The notes below the pieces were generated by a model, which did not search any database, was not told where the DNA came from, and saw nothing but the letters and a program-made list of their open reading frames with translations. Shown here piece after piece: positions 1 through 11,592 of a stretch of DNA of 64,000 bases. Every line of letters begins with the position of its first letter. The first letter of the stretch is position 1. The stretch comes from the human T2T-CHM13v2.0 reference genome, Homo sapiens. Made by a program: the position numbers and the translations under genes. The stretch lies in assembly GCF_009914755.1 (NCBI RefSeq), contig NC_060931.1, one strand, 5' to 3'.

Positions 1-514
1 TAATCTACTCTTAAATTTATGTAATTTATTGATTATTCTCAGGTATACAGTCATGTAATAAGCACTGGTGTACCAACCAAGTGCCAGGCACTATACTTGC
101 TACTGGGCATGTAAAGGCATAAGGCGGCTTCTGAACGAAAACAGCTCATAATCTAGTGATAAAGACAGAAGCATGTAGATAATCTTAATATAATGTAATG
201 TAATGGAGTTGCACAATAGAAAGAGGAGTTTGCAAAGGTGAAGATGGACAGAGAAGCCCTCACAGAAGTGATGCTTTGAATTGGGTCTAGTAATGAGTAG
301 GATTGGGCAGCAAGATGGGAGGATGGCACTTTAAGCTGAAGGAACAACACTTATATACAGGAATGCAGTCAGAAAATGCTTGATATTGGGAGTCTGCATC
401 CCAAACTTTGTCTAAATTCTAAATCCTATTGGACTCTAGTGGGCAATAGGAGAAGAGGGAAAAGTGAGATTGAAGAAGTCAGTAGCAGCCATGGGTTTAT
501 ACACTATTGTTTCA

Positions 515-712
515 ACAACCATTTATTTACTTGACAATAAGTGCCTGGGACTGTGTCAAGTACTTTACATAAATTGTTCTATGAGGGAGTTTACAGTTGA
601 AATTGCAGCTCAGAGAGATGAAGTATTTTTGCCTATGTCACATAGCTTGGATATAGGTAGAATTTGAATGCAGATCTGGTTGGTCTTCAAGCATGCATTT
701 CTCTTCTCTATA
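515..712 (-). mobile_element. MIR SINE
   Basis: gaaattgcagctcagagagatgaagtatttttgcctatgtcacatagct matches the antisense MIR core. Confidence 0.75.
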
Positions 713-920
713 TCACATATAGGTGTTTGGAGATTATTTCCCTATAAGCAATAAGAAGCCATTTGAGAATTTCACACTCCCATGTCATATGATCAGATTT
801 GCATTTTGGAAGGATTTCTTTGGCAACAATGTAGAGGATGAACTGAGAGTGATACAGGACTAAGAAGCCAATTAGGAACTTAACTACAATGGTTCAGATG
901 GGGAAAAAAAACACCTAGGT

Positions 921-1174
921 TAGTAGTTCTCATAGTCAGCTGTTCATTGGAATCACCTGGGAAATATTTAAAACTGCAGTGGTCCTTAGGTATCCATGTG
1001 ATAATAGTTCCAGGATGTGGACCCTGAGTGCAGACACAGAGGGCTGAGTGAATATAATGCCTGGATACCACACTTAGAGATTCTCTTTTAATTGGTTTGG
1101 AGTGTGATTTGGCCATTAGGATTTTTAAAGCTCCCCAGGTGATTATATTATGCAGCTAGGGTTGAGAACCATTG
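921..1174 (+). mobile_element. MER5B (hAT-Charlie), interrupted by a nested insert
   Basis: Ends tagtagttctc...gttgagaaccattg; internal ggaatcacctggg and ggatttttaaagctccccaggtgatt. Confidence 0.8.
977..1050 (+). mobile_element. Internally deleted MER2-like (TcMar-Tigger) mini-element inside MER5B
   Basis: cagtggtccttaggtatccatg...gttccagga resembles the MER2 5' end; gacacagagggctgagtg resembles the 3' end GATACGGAGGGCCGACTG. Confidence 0.6.
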
Positions 1175-1880
1175 GTCTTGGCCAAGTCAATGGGGACAGA
1201 AATAAAGAGATAAGCTTGAGTATTATTTAGAAATTAGGCTCAACAGGACTTAGGGTCAACAAGACTTGGTGGTTGATTGGATATGTGGGTGGTGGTGATG
1301 GGGGTGAAGCTAGGGGTGAGGAAAGCTTGAAATAAATCCTAGGTTTCTCATTTAGAGGACTGGGAAATTAGTGGCACCATTAGCCAGGATAAAAAATACA
1401 AGAGTAAGAGAAGATTTATAAACTCTGGAAGTAATAGACCATAGAATAGAATAGATATGTTATATATAACAACAAATTTTGAAAATATTTGTAACAGACC
1501 CAGATTTTTTTTATCAAAGTGAGAAAATATAATTTTTAAATCTTTTGAAACTGAATTCTACCCTGCTCTCCTCTCTCTGGTGTTGACAACCTCATTTACC
1601 TTCTCTCTGGGCAGCCTCACCATTTCTGCAGCTATAAAGATGAAGGAGAGTGGGCCAATGATGGTGGTGGGCTATCACAACTGCTACAACCCCAACAACT
1701 TCAATTCAAGTCACAAGCACTACTAAGGGAGTGAGCGCCACTTGTCTCCTATGTGAAGGACCAGTCCTAGTGATAATGCTGACCGCAGTTAAAGAGAGAG
1801 CAACTACCTGAATCAGCTAACACTGAGTTATTTACATCTACAAACAACTGGGTCAACAGGAGAAACAACAGCCCTTAATA

Positions 1881-2068
1881 CAGTGGTTCTCATCTTGGCT
1901 GCATGTTGAAATCACCTAGAAAGCTTTAAAATGTAGTGATGCCTAGGTTTCATTACCAGGGTCTCTCATTTTGTCTGTGGTGCAAACTGGACATTGTGAT
2001 TTTCTTAAATGCATGGGAGTTTCTTAATGCTTGGGTTATGCTAATGTGCAGCTGAGGTTGAACCATTG
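1881..2068 (+). mobile_element. MER5B
   Basis: cagtggttctcatcttggctgc...gttgaaccattg, with degenerate 8-bp TSD ccttaata/ctttagta. Confidence 0.8.
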
Positions 2069-2520
2069 CTTTAGTACCTTTATGTACCTTTCAAGAGACT
2101 GCATTCATGTTAGCAAGCAGATTGTTGTGGGATAATTCAGAATGGCCAGAGAATGCCTTTGTTTTATGTGAGGATTAGCAAAAACTACCGTACCCATTAA
2201 CACTTTTGCAAGCAGTGTACTCTTAATGGTCAAAAGTTCATATATAAACTTCCAGTTATCAGTGCCAAATGCTATGATTTTTGACTTTTCAGATGGAAAT
2301 TAACTGCCTGCATTCTACTTCATGATAACAGTCAGAGTCTACTTAGGGAAAATAGACTTATGCCCAGTAGTATAGCAAAAGGAATTGAATGTGGATACTA
2401 GTTTAGAAGTGTTGGAAATGCTGAAAAGAAAAACAGTCTGGGCAGGCAACTCGGAGATGGACAAAAAGAAGCTACATACCACCTTGTAGAGCTTGAGGGA
2501 TAAAGGAGAAAACATTTTTA

Positions 2521-2797
2521 CAGTCATCCCTCAGTATCCATAGGGGATTTGTTCCAGGACCCCTACAGATACCAAAATGTGCACGTGCTCAATTCTCACA
2601 ATTGGCTCTATGGAACCCATGAATACAAGAAGTCAACTTTCCATATCTGAAGGTTTTGCATCCTGAAAACACTGTATTTTTGATATGTGTTTGGTTGCAA
2701 CCACGCATGCAAAATCCAAGGATATGAAGGAGCTGGCTGTATTTATTTTTAAGTAGACCCATAAATTCAAACCCAGGTTGAACCCAATTGTCAACTG
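2521..2797 (+). mobile_element. MER2/MER2B-like Tigger derivative
   Basis: cagtcatccctcagtatccataggggatttgttccaggacccc...tcaactg, flanked by TA on both sides. Confidence 0.8.
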
Positions 2798-2824
2798 TAC
2801 TAGCAAGTAAGAGCTTGGGCTACC

Positions 2825-3070
2825 TTTGGGAGCTGAGGTCTTCAAAGGAGCTGCTTCCCAACAGCAGCTGGAACCACAGAGATGCAGACTCTGCTGGAGA
2901 TGCTTTCTAAAGCTGAGAGAAGAAAACTCTCCTTCCTCCCCTTTACTTGCTCTTCAATCTCCTACCTGTGACTTCCCTTGGCTGAACCTAATAGGAAGCC
3001 AGTTGGTATGGAATCCTGGGATGCATAATCTGCAGGGTTTAGCATCCTGTAATATATTGCAGAGCTGAAA
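2825..3070. mobile_element. Old ERVL/MaLR-type LTR fragment
   Basis: cccttggctgaacctaataggaagccag resembles a motif of LTR33/MLT1-class LTRs; subfamily uncertain. Confidence 0.45.
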
Positions 3071-6000
3071 GCAAGCAAGCAAATGACTGGGACTAGGATT
3101 CTGAGCCAGATTTGTCCCAGATTCTGGCTGTAGATACATTCCGTTCTTGCTGGTAAGTATATGTAGGATAAAGTACAAACCAAATGGAAAATTCTGAGTT
3201 TTTCTCCTTTATTCCATGTACATAGGAAAAATTATTCTACAGACATATATTAGTAATTGTGCTTACATTACCAACTCCTCAGCTGAGATGTTCACACTTG
3301 CAGAATGTATTTATTCCAATATAAAACATGAAAAATCTTTTTGATATGCATACAAGAACAGACATGGATACAGATAAAACAAAGGACAGAACTTTGAATA
3401 GGTGTGTCTCAGCTTGCAGCATTTCACTGTTACTGAACAGTAAGTGGTAGCATAACAGCTGCATTGAGGATGCTATTTTCGTACAAATAGCAAGTCTCAT
3501 TTCCACAAGCCAATTCACAGAGATAGAATTTAGACAAATCGTTTTTCCCCATACCAAAACTGCTTTGGTTACCTGTACTGAAAAACAATTAAGAGTAGGG
3601 TTGTGTTTATGCAAACCTGCCACTGAGGGAACCATATGGCTTCAACTCTAAGACCAACTTTCTACCTGTTGGTGGTCCTACTCTACTATTTAGAAAGGTC
3701 CTGTTTATTCTCAAATAATATTCTTGGTTAAGATAGATGAGCCTGGTTCCAAATGGACCCTCTGGCTGGAATATTGGTTAAAAGCACACCCTCATGAATT
3801 TAAAATGAGCCATGGACACAGATCCAGCACCTGTATTACTTTACTAAGACAGCATTGGTCTGAGTGAGATGGAAAAAATATTATTTTCTTATCCTTCCTT
3901 GAACTGTAAGAACTGTAAGAAGTATTAGAAAGAACAAAATAACTTTGGGAGGATGCTAATTTAGTCTTAGGTATCTATTCATGAGTCTATTCTGATTGAG
4001 ATGATTGTTACACTGGATTAAATCAATTATTTTACAGTGCTTTTTAAAATTTAAAAACAAGATTTCTCCTGAACTTGGTGGTTTGCCTCCCTGAAAGCTC
4101 ACCTTGAAGGGTGTAGGGAGCTCACACAAGTGGGCAGCAGAAGGGAGGCTTCCAGCTGCAGAGCAAGCAGAATAACACATTAAGCAGTAGTCTCTTCTGA
4201 AAATCTAAACATGGAATAATACTTCCTCTGAAAAAACTCAGTATAGGCCAACCAGTAACCATGGCCATGGCCACATTTGGGGATCAGGGATCTTTGCAGC
4301 AGAGACATTACCTCTTGATTGGGAGCACCTTATCATGGATAATCTGATATTAGAAGACAGTCATAGGATAATACAGATAAGTACCACCAATGCATTACAA
4401 ATTCTAACATCAAGATGCACATGGCCTTCCCCTAGTCTGTTCCACATACAGCATTTATTCGGGCAGTTCTTCAAGAATACATTTTCTCCTGATCTTCAAT
4501 TTCAAACAAACCCATAGGGTGAAAAGGTTAGGTTCGTGCAAAAAGATGACATTCTCTTTTAGCATCTCATGGATCACAGAGCATCTCCTTCAAATCCTGG
4601 ACTCCAGAAAAAGAGCAAGTCCTTGTTCTGATGAGTTGATTTTCTTCGCTTAGACTCCACCAATAGAGATAAAGGGTAGAGGCACTTGGTGCACTCTATC
4701 TTAGTGGCAGGATTATTATGTCCACCTGAAGGCTTGAAGGGATGTGTGCTGGTGCAGGAACTATCTTGCTTGGGGTGTGTGTCTAAGTTTTGCATCCTAA
4801 ACACTGAAGGGTGTGTGAATTGCCAAGAATACCTGATCTGGTCCAACCTAGCAAATATCCAACAGGATTTTTCACTGGTTTTCTGGCTTGTTGTAATCCT
4901 TATTTTAATGAAGGCAAAAAGTAAGGTTTTAGAACATTAAAAAATTTAATGTTCTTAAAAGTTTTAGTCAGTTGTATCCTGAACACCCCTTTCATCTACT
5001 TCTTGCTTGTGCACTTGGGAATGACACGGATGGTGGCAGCATTATTGTGTATTAAGTAATTTAGTGATTTATTTTATACCACAGCATCTACATGGGTCCC
5101 TCTCTCCCTGGCAATGAAAACAGACCATAGTTGCTGATGAATAAAATCATTCAGAAGTTTCTTTGTCACTAAATTGAATCAGCTTTCCTCCAAGGATAGT
5201 CTTCTCTTCATCTATAAATTTACATATTTATACAAAACACATGATCATTTTAATCTTTGTTCTCTCTTTTGACTCCACCCAGGTTTTCAGTGAAAAAGTC
5301 CCTAATTCAGTGTAGCACTTAGGCTTTTACTGATGTGACATTGCAAGAAAGAAAGTCACTTGTTGTCCTTGATAATCTCATTTGGCTTCAGCATAGTTCT
5401 TTGAAGTAATTCCCTTGCTAGCTGGTTGTATTCCAAATGTGTACAAACCATATTATGCCTTTTAAATCTAAACCATACAAAGAGATAGACTCTACTTTCT
5501 ATTATATCATAATATCTCTTTGTATCAAATTGATATCAATATTTCATCATCTTTGAACTTTTGATTCCATTTTCAGTTTAAGTTTTCTTATCTTCAGATT
5601 TTAAAGTCTTCTCCTGCATAAAATTCTGTTTGAACTTGAACGTATTAATACATTGTGTGGTCAATTTTGCCCCACATAATTTTACTCTTCATTCTTCAAC
5701 ATTCTTTCATTAAACTTCTTTATTGTTTAAACCTCATTTTCATAGTAGTTCAGGGGATTCAGCCTTAGTGTAGCATCTTTCTCTTAAGGACTGTGAAGTT
5801 TTCAAACCCTGAATCTTTTCTAACCAGCTTGATGACCAAGAAACAATTCAGACCAATCTGTATATCAATTATTTACAGCAGAGTGGTAAACCAAAGAGCT
5901 GTTGGAAGTCATTGATACATACTACACCAAGAGATATTGAAAAATCTATTAGACATTACTAGACACTGTTAAACAAATGAATTATTTCAAAATGACCACC

Positions 6001-7234
6001 CTTTCAGAACCATGGACAGGTATACTGACCCCCTCCACCCCCCACCCCAGCCTTGTGCTGATCTCAAAAGTTGGGATTATAAAATAAAAAATTTAAATAA
6101 AATCTCTTGGTTACATAGTCTTGCTTAGTGCTTTAACATTTTAAATGTCCTAGTTATCCTTTCAGGAGGACTATACAGGAGATTGGAGCCTGAGCTACTT
6201 TTTCAGAAAGTTTATCTAGGAACCTAAAGTAGAAGTCTATTAACAGTAGATTGACAATGCACACTACCATCTTAAAGGCCTCACGGCTGAGAAGCCTTGT
6301 CTGAGGATTTATGTATTTGTATATTTCTCAAAGAGCCTAATATCCTGAGAGAGTTTAATGGCCTTTGGCTTTGACCTAGTGACAGTAAAGTTTGTTGCTT
6401 AGTTATGTCACTTAATAGAATGTTATAATTCTATGCAATTATGTATGAGTACATTAAAATAACTAAAGAAAGGGAAGTGGGAAAGGTAAAAAGAAGAAGT
6501 GCAAATAATCTTGAAGAGGTAGTTAGCGATTTGTGGTCAATTTGATCTATAATGTCATGAGAACCAGTGAAAGAAAAAAAACGTGGTCAGTAATATTCAA
6601 AGGAAGGTTATTTTCCCTCTGTCACTAGGCATATGAAAATTTCACTGCTAGGTAAAAATCATCCAAAACAGCATTTATTAGATGCTTTATGGTTTTCTGA
6701 TTAACTATTATCATCCAAGATAAAATGTGAGCAGAGGGACCTGGATTAGGTTCTTGGCATATTCCATCTAACTTTTTATACTGGATTTCTATAATTCACC
6801 TTCCCTCTCTTAAATAATCACCTCTCTCCCACCACCCACTCCCCACTGTAATTACATTCCTGTGGATTTTGTAACTGAGAATGCTCCCTTTTATGTGAAA
6901 ATGTAGCTGGTGTCTCTTTGGAAAGGATATAAGACTAATTGGCTACTTTGGCAATCACTTAGTCCTGAGTCTAGCAGGAAGAGTTGGTTTCTGGCAGGAA
7001 AGAGAATTAAATGCTCAAATTCCCAAGCTGTCAGCTAGCAGATGTATGTTCAACTAGGAGAACAAAGAACCTTCTGGAACAACGTTGAGAGCTCTGGGTG
7101 TGTTGTCAGTTGGAAAGAAATCTGACTGTTTCGGCTCAGAAGCAAATGCTCAACTCCATGTGCTCTGACTTTCTGCACCAGTCCCCTCACCTCACCTCTC
7201 CAATCCATGGCTCCTGCCTGCTGAGAAAATATCA

Positions 7235-7244
7235 CTATAAATAG
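7235..7244. promoter_or_regulatory. MEF2 consensus / TATA-like site
   Basis: CTATAAATAG fits CTA(A/T)4TAG. Confidence 0.35.
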
Positions 7245-7659
7245 GACACATATGGCTACAAATTCAAATTTTCACCCCTACCACATGTCTGTGCATCTTT
7301 GTCATTGAGCTAATTGCATTAGGCAGCATCAGGTGCTTCCCACCTGGCCTTTTTTGTGGTTGGGTTATAATCCTATCTCCCTGTTCCCAATGCCAGGCTC
7401 AGGTAGAACCACTGACTGTCTTCTGGCCCCAGGCAATGGCAAGAGTCCAGCATTCCCTGCAAGAAGAGCCAACAACCTGTTTCTAGGCATTTGATTTCTA
7501 CAAGGATAAACTCCCTTTTCAGTATATTTTGCCTTTAAGGTATCAGGGGGAATACAATAGATGGGTATAGCTTGAAAAATCTCTAGATATTATTAATTGT
7601 CATGCTATTTTCGACAGACCTATAAACTGTTTATGATTTTTTCTACTTAGTAAAATCTT

Positions 7660-8185
7660 TGATACCTTCAGATCTTATCCACAGTCCAACAATTTCTCAC
7701 CACCTCTGTTTGTGACTCCCATTGTCTAAATCACTATCAAATCTCACCTGTATTAATGTCCTTGTCTAACTTGCATTTGGAGTCTATCTTTGCTCCACAT
7801 CAGTCTAATCTCAACCAATTCTGTCATAACCTATCACATCTCTGCTTAAAAATCCAGCAATGGCTTCCCAGCATACTCAGAATAAAAGCTGAAGTCCCTC
7901 AAGTCATTCATAATATTTTGTATGACCTGGCTACCATCAACTCTCTGGCCTCAACCCTTATTTTTCTCATATGTTACCGATGTTTACTAGGCATGCTGTC
8001 ACCACCCAGATCTTTAACTGGCTGTTTCCTTAGTTTTAATTGCATTTCCCTAAGAGTCACATGGCTTACTTCCTCCTTTGCAAATTCTTCCTTCCGCACT
8101 TTTTTCTCCTTAGTGTTTATCTCTATATATTTTAGTTATTTATACTGTTTATTGTCTTTTCCACTATAATGCAAGCTTCATTTCC
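7660..8185 (+). mobile_element. L2 LINE fragment
   Basis: ctctgcttaaaatccagcaatggcttccc...cagaataaaagctgaagtcc is a typical L2 motif. Confidence 0.75.
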
Positions 8186-8343
8186 CCCTAAATTCCATGT
8201 TTGCCCTGTGATTTTTTTTCTTCATCTTATTAGCATCTGGCATTCTTTGAAGCAATCAGCTTGACATTTTTGCCTCAAAGCTATCACTTGTATCCCTCTC
8301 CCTGCTCAAGGCCCATCTTCAGTAGACTAAACAAATACCAGAA

Positions 8344-8344
<1 letters not shown>

Positions 8345-8390
<46 letters not shown>
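8345..8390. repeat. (CA)23 microsatellite
   Basis: Uninterrupted CA run. Confidence 0.98.
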
Positions 8391-8395
<5 letters not shown>

Positions 8396-8963
8396 GTATA
8401 CTAGTAAAGGAGTGAGAAGGAAAATACTCTAAGATAAAAGGATAATAAGTTTTTACACAGTAATTCTGTTTAACAGGTAAATAAATGCAGGATAACAGAA
8501 GGCAGAAACCTGATTTATTGCAGAAAACGGATGGAAAAAATTCTAAACACAACAGATGAACTCCAGAGCCCTGCTGTGAAAACAAGGAATTTCAATTCTG
8601 GTCAAATTCTCAACAGTGGCATAACTCTTAGGAAATCTCAGACTTCTCAGTCTTCAGATACTTTCTGTCTAGGTCTACTTTTCTGCATATTCCTAGATTC
8701 TTATCTATTCAGACATGCATCTGGGTGACAGTCATTTTAAGTCAAGATAGGAAGGATTGTCTTTCCTTATGTCTCCAGGCCCTTAGGGATTAAATAGACT
8801 TTATTGGTTATATAACTGTCCTTTAACCTGCAACTTCGGGGCCACAGCCTTTTTTTGAGGCTTACTCTGGGAAAATAAATCAATAAGAGGGGCCCTTATT
8901 AGACTTTTTTCCAACTTAAAGAATATCCTTATCCATAATACTCCATAGAAGTCTCAATGCCAA

Positions 8964-9014
8964 TTAGTTGGTGCAAAAGTAATTGCAGTTTTTGTTATTA
9001 CTTTTAATGACAAA
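8964..9014. mobile_element. MADE1 (Hsmar1-derived MITE), one arm plus centre only
   Basis: ttagttggtgcaaaagtaattgcagtttttgttattacttttaatgacaaa vs consensus TTAGGTTGGTGCAAAAGTAATTGCGGTTTTTGCCATTACTTTTAATGGCAAA. Confidence 0.88.
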
Positions 9015-9157
9015 TAAAATTAATTTGTCAAACACTTTTACAACAGTTAAGAACTCAACTAGCTGGGATAGAGAAATAAAAATTTTATTTTAATGACAAA
9101 TAATTGTTCACACACTTTTACATCAGTTGAGAACTCAACTAGCTGGGATGGAGAAAT
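9002..9157. repeat. Diverged tandem duplication, unit ~80-86 bp
   Basis: ttttaatgacaaataa...acacttttaca.cagtt.agaactcaactagctgggat.gagaaat occurs twice. Confidence 0.9.
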
Positions 9158-9188
9158 TTGCATCAAACACTACCATTCTGACTTAGAA

Positions 9189-10017
9189 TAGTGGTCTTTA
9201 TATTTTTCCTCATAAATCCTTTCCAAAATTTTGAGAAATAATTTATCTCCTCAAAAGTTTGTTTGCAGGAAAAAAATCATCAAATTATTAAGTAGTTGTA
9301 AAGCATTTAACTTCTGGCACATTGTAAAAGTTGGACTTTAGCAAATAAAACTATTACAACATTCTTCTAAGTATTTTATGAGAAATCAAGTGCTATATGA
9401 TAACCACCATAATCCATTTAAAATGTATTTCTAAATTCTTCCTTAACATTTAGAAATTTTCATTCTTCCTTTTTGTGAACTCATATTAATATTTTACTAT
9501 ACTTCCCAGATATTTATTTTTATGTAATATATTTTGTGCTTAAAAATTATTTTGTTGATCATCATACCATGCTTATCTGTAACAAATTGCACATATAGTT
9601 TTAAATTTTACTTTTTAATTATCTCTAACCATGAGACTTTAACTGTTGTGATGTTTTTCTGGCTTGAGTTACCAATATAATTTTTAATAATATAGTCTTC
9701 TTCAAAATAACAAAAATATTAATTTTTTTTGTAAATTAAACATAAAAGTAAGCTTTTAATGAAAAAGCTTCTTGAAATGAGATGAAGAATAAAATCTCCT
9801 TAGGCTTTTAGTGAAAAAGAATAATGTTTACTGCTAAAGAATAATGTTTTCTGCTAAAAAATAATTACACATTATAACAGTAAACATTGTATAAAATGAA
9901 ATTTTATGAAGATTGACTATAATAGGAGTACTTTATATATTATATATACAAGTTTCTAGCCCCTATTCCAAGAGATTTTAATTTATTTGTTTGTTGCCTA
10001 TACTTTGAGCAACACTG
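9189..10017. mobile_element. Possible old AT-rich hAT-Charlie element
   Basis: TIR-like ends tagtggtctt...gagcaacactg around an AT-rich interior; family not recognised. Confidence 0.25.
9816..9865. repeat. 20-bp tandem repeat, ~2.5 copies
   Basis: aaagaataatgtttactgct aaagaataatgttttctgct aaaaaataat. Confidence 0.85.
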
Positions 10018-10069
10018 GCTTTGTAGAACCTATTAAATATTTGGGTGCAAACAAGAGCCCTTGAAAGTT

Positions 10070-10900
10070 GCTATGTTAAGGACTGATGTGATCAGAAACT
10101 GCAGAAAGAGCAAATGAAGAGTGGATTGTTTTGGGCCAAAAAAGGCAATAAGGATACCAGTTATATTATTTCAGTAGTCCAGGTGGGAGAGGATGGTGCT
10201 GGTATTGGTAATGGAGAGAAATAGGTGCCAAATACATCCTGGAGATAAAATTAAACACAATATGATGATTAATTGAATGTGGGAAGTCAGGTAGAAGTGA
10301 GTGTCAAAGATGACAGGTTTTTGGCTTAAGAAACTGAGTGATGATACCATTTACTGAAATATGGAATACCAAAAGTGAAACAAGTTGAGGAATGCATAGA
10401 GGAAGATCATAGTTTCCACTTTGGATATGTCTGTTAGACACCCATGAAGTTGTAGTTGGTTGGTTACACCAGCATGGAGCTCAGAAAAATAGTGCAAACC
10501 AAAGCAATGGTTCTTCAATTTCAGTTAGCATCAGATTCACCTGTGGAGATTGTTAAAACATAGATGACTGGACCTCACTCCTAGAGTTTCTTATTTTGTA
10601 ACTAGGGGCATGGGGAATAGAGAGGTGAGAATTTGAATTTCTAATAAGTACCCAGGTGCTGCTCTTGCTGCTGGTTCAGGGACTGCATTTTGAGAACCAC
10701 TGAGGTAGATCTTTATATTTGGGACTCTTTAGTGCATGAGATTGTATGGGGACCCATAGGAGTAGATGAGATTACTCAGGAAGGGGAGCATAAGTAAGCC
10801 AAAAAAAAAATGAAGCTTTGGTGAACTTCAAAATTTAAATTACCAGTGGAGGATTTAAGAGTTCCCAAAAGAAAGTGACAAGACTGAGAAGTATGAAGAA
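10070..10900 (-). mobile_element. L2 fragments flanking MER5A
   Basis: gtagtccaggtgggagaggatggt, caggtttttggcttaagaaactgagtgatg, ggagtagatgagattac. Confidence 0.7.
10505..10702 (-). mobile_element. MER5A
   Basis: gaatttctaataagtacccaggtgctgctcttgctgctggttcagggactgcattttgagaaccactg. Confidence 0.85.
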
Positions 10901-11539
10901 AGTTAGGTGAGAGGTGTTAGTTCACCCAACTTCTTATAAGTCTTTGTAGCCCTACAGAATTTTCCATAGCTAGTTCTAAGAAAACTCATTAAAACAATGA
11001 ATAAATGTACTCTGGAAATATACCACCATCTGGGAGTAGAGCATCCAGCAAAATCACTGAGGATTGTCAACATGCAGACAATCTTTGATATAGGCATCAC
11101 TTAATCTTATCTGGCCCATTGGATTCTGTTTCTATTATGTCTGTATTTAGTGGTGAGCTCCCTCTGCATCCTCAGGATGTTAAAGATGGTGTTTGGTCCC
11201 AGAAGGAAAAGCAACTACCTTATACCTCCTCCCTGCCTCCTTACTGGGGAACCAATAGTTTCCCTGACACGTGACAGTTTTTGTTTGTTTGTTTTTACTG
11301 TTTCTGGTTCAATCAATCTGACACCTGACACTTTTTTATTGTTTCTAGTTTAATCAATCTTTTTCTGATAAAGTAAAAAATATTAGCCATAGGGTTTATA
11401 TATTCACTAATAAATTAATTGAGGCATATCCGAACAGGAGACTCAAGTGAAATTGACTTCGAATTCCATCAGGGTCTTTTGTAACATCAAGGAAGCCCAT
11501 CTGGCCTCTTGGGCCATGCTCTCTTCATAGTGTCTGGTG

Positions 11540-11592
11540 ACACCTGCTGTGTGACTGAAATTCCTCACACCTGTTGCATGACTGAAGTCCTT
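11540..11592. repeat. 27-bp tandem duplication, diverged
   Basis: acacctgctgtgtgactgaaattcct vs acacctgttgcatgactgaagtcct. Confidence 0.75.

Larger units (their letters stand above)
55..1410 (-). mobile_element. L2 LINE fragments, interrupted by MIR and MER5B
   Basis: Antisense L2 3'-region phrases: aagtgccaggcactatac, atgatcagatttgcattttggaagg, cctaggtttctc...gggaaattagtggcacc. Boundaries approximate. Confidence 0.6.

Noticed and set aside
3134-3158. Strong donor CTG|gtaagt near an LTR
   Set aside because: Isolated donor with no definable exon start.
4103-4196. Minus-strand exon-like segment (ttttcag...AAG|gtgagc)
   Set aside because: Short pyrimidine tract, unrecognised peptide and no partner exons; not enough support.
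4574-4940. Overlapping 84-90 aa ORFs
   Set aside because: No recognisable homology or splice context; lengths expected by chance.
9002-9157. Repeat-spacer-like patterns considered as CRISPR (also 56498-56571)
   Set aside because: Eukaryotic DNA, only two copies, no cas genes.
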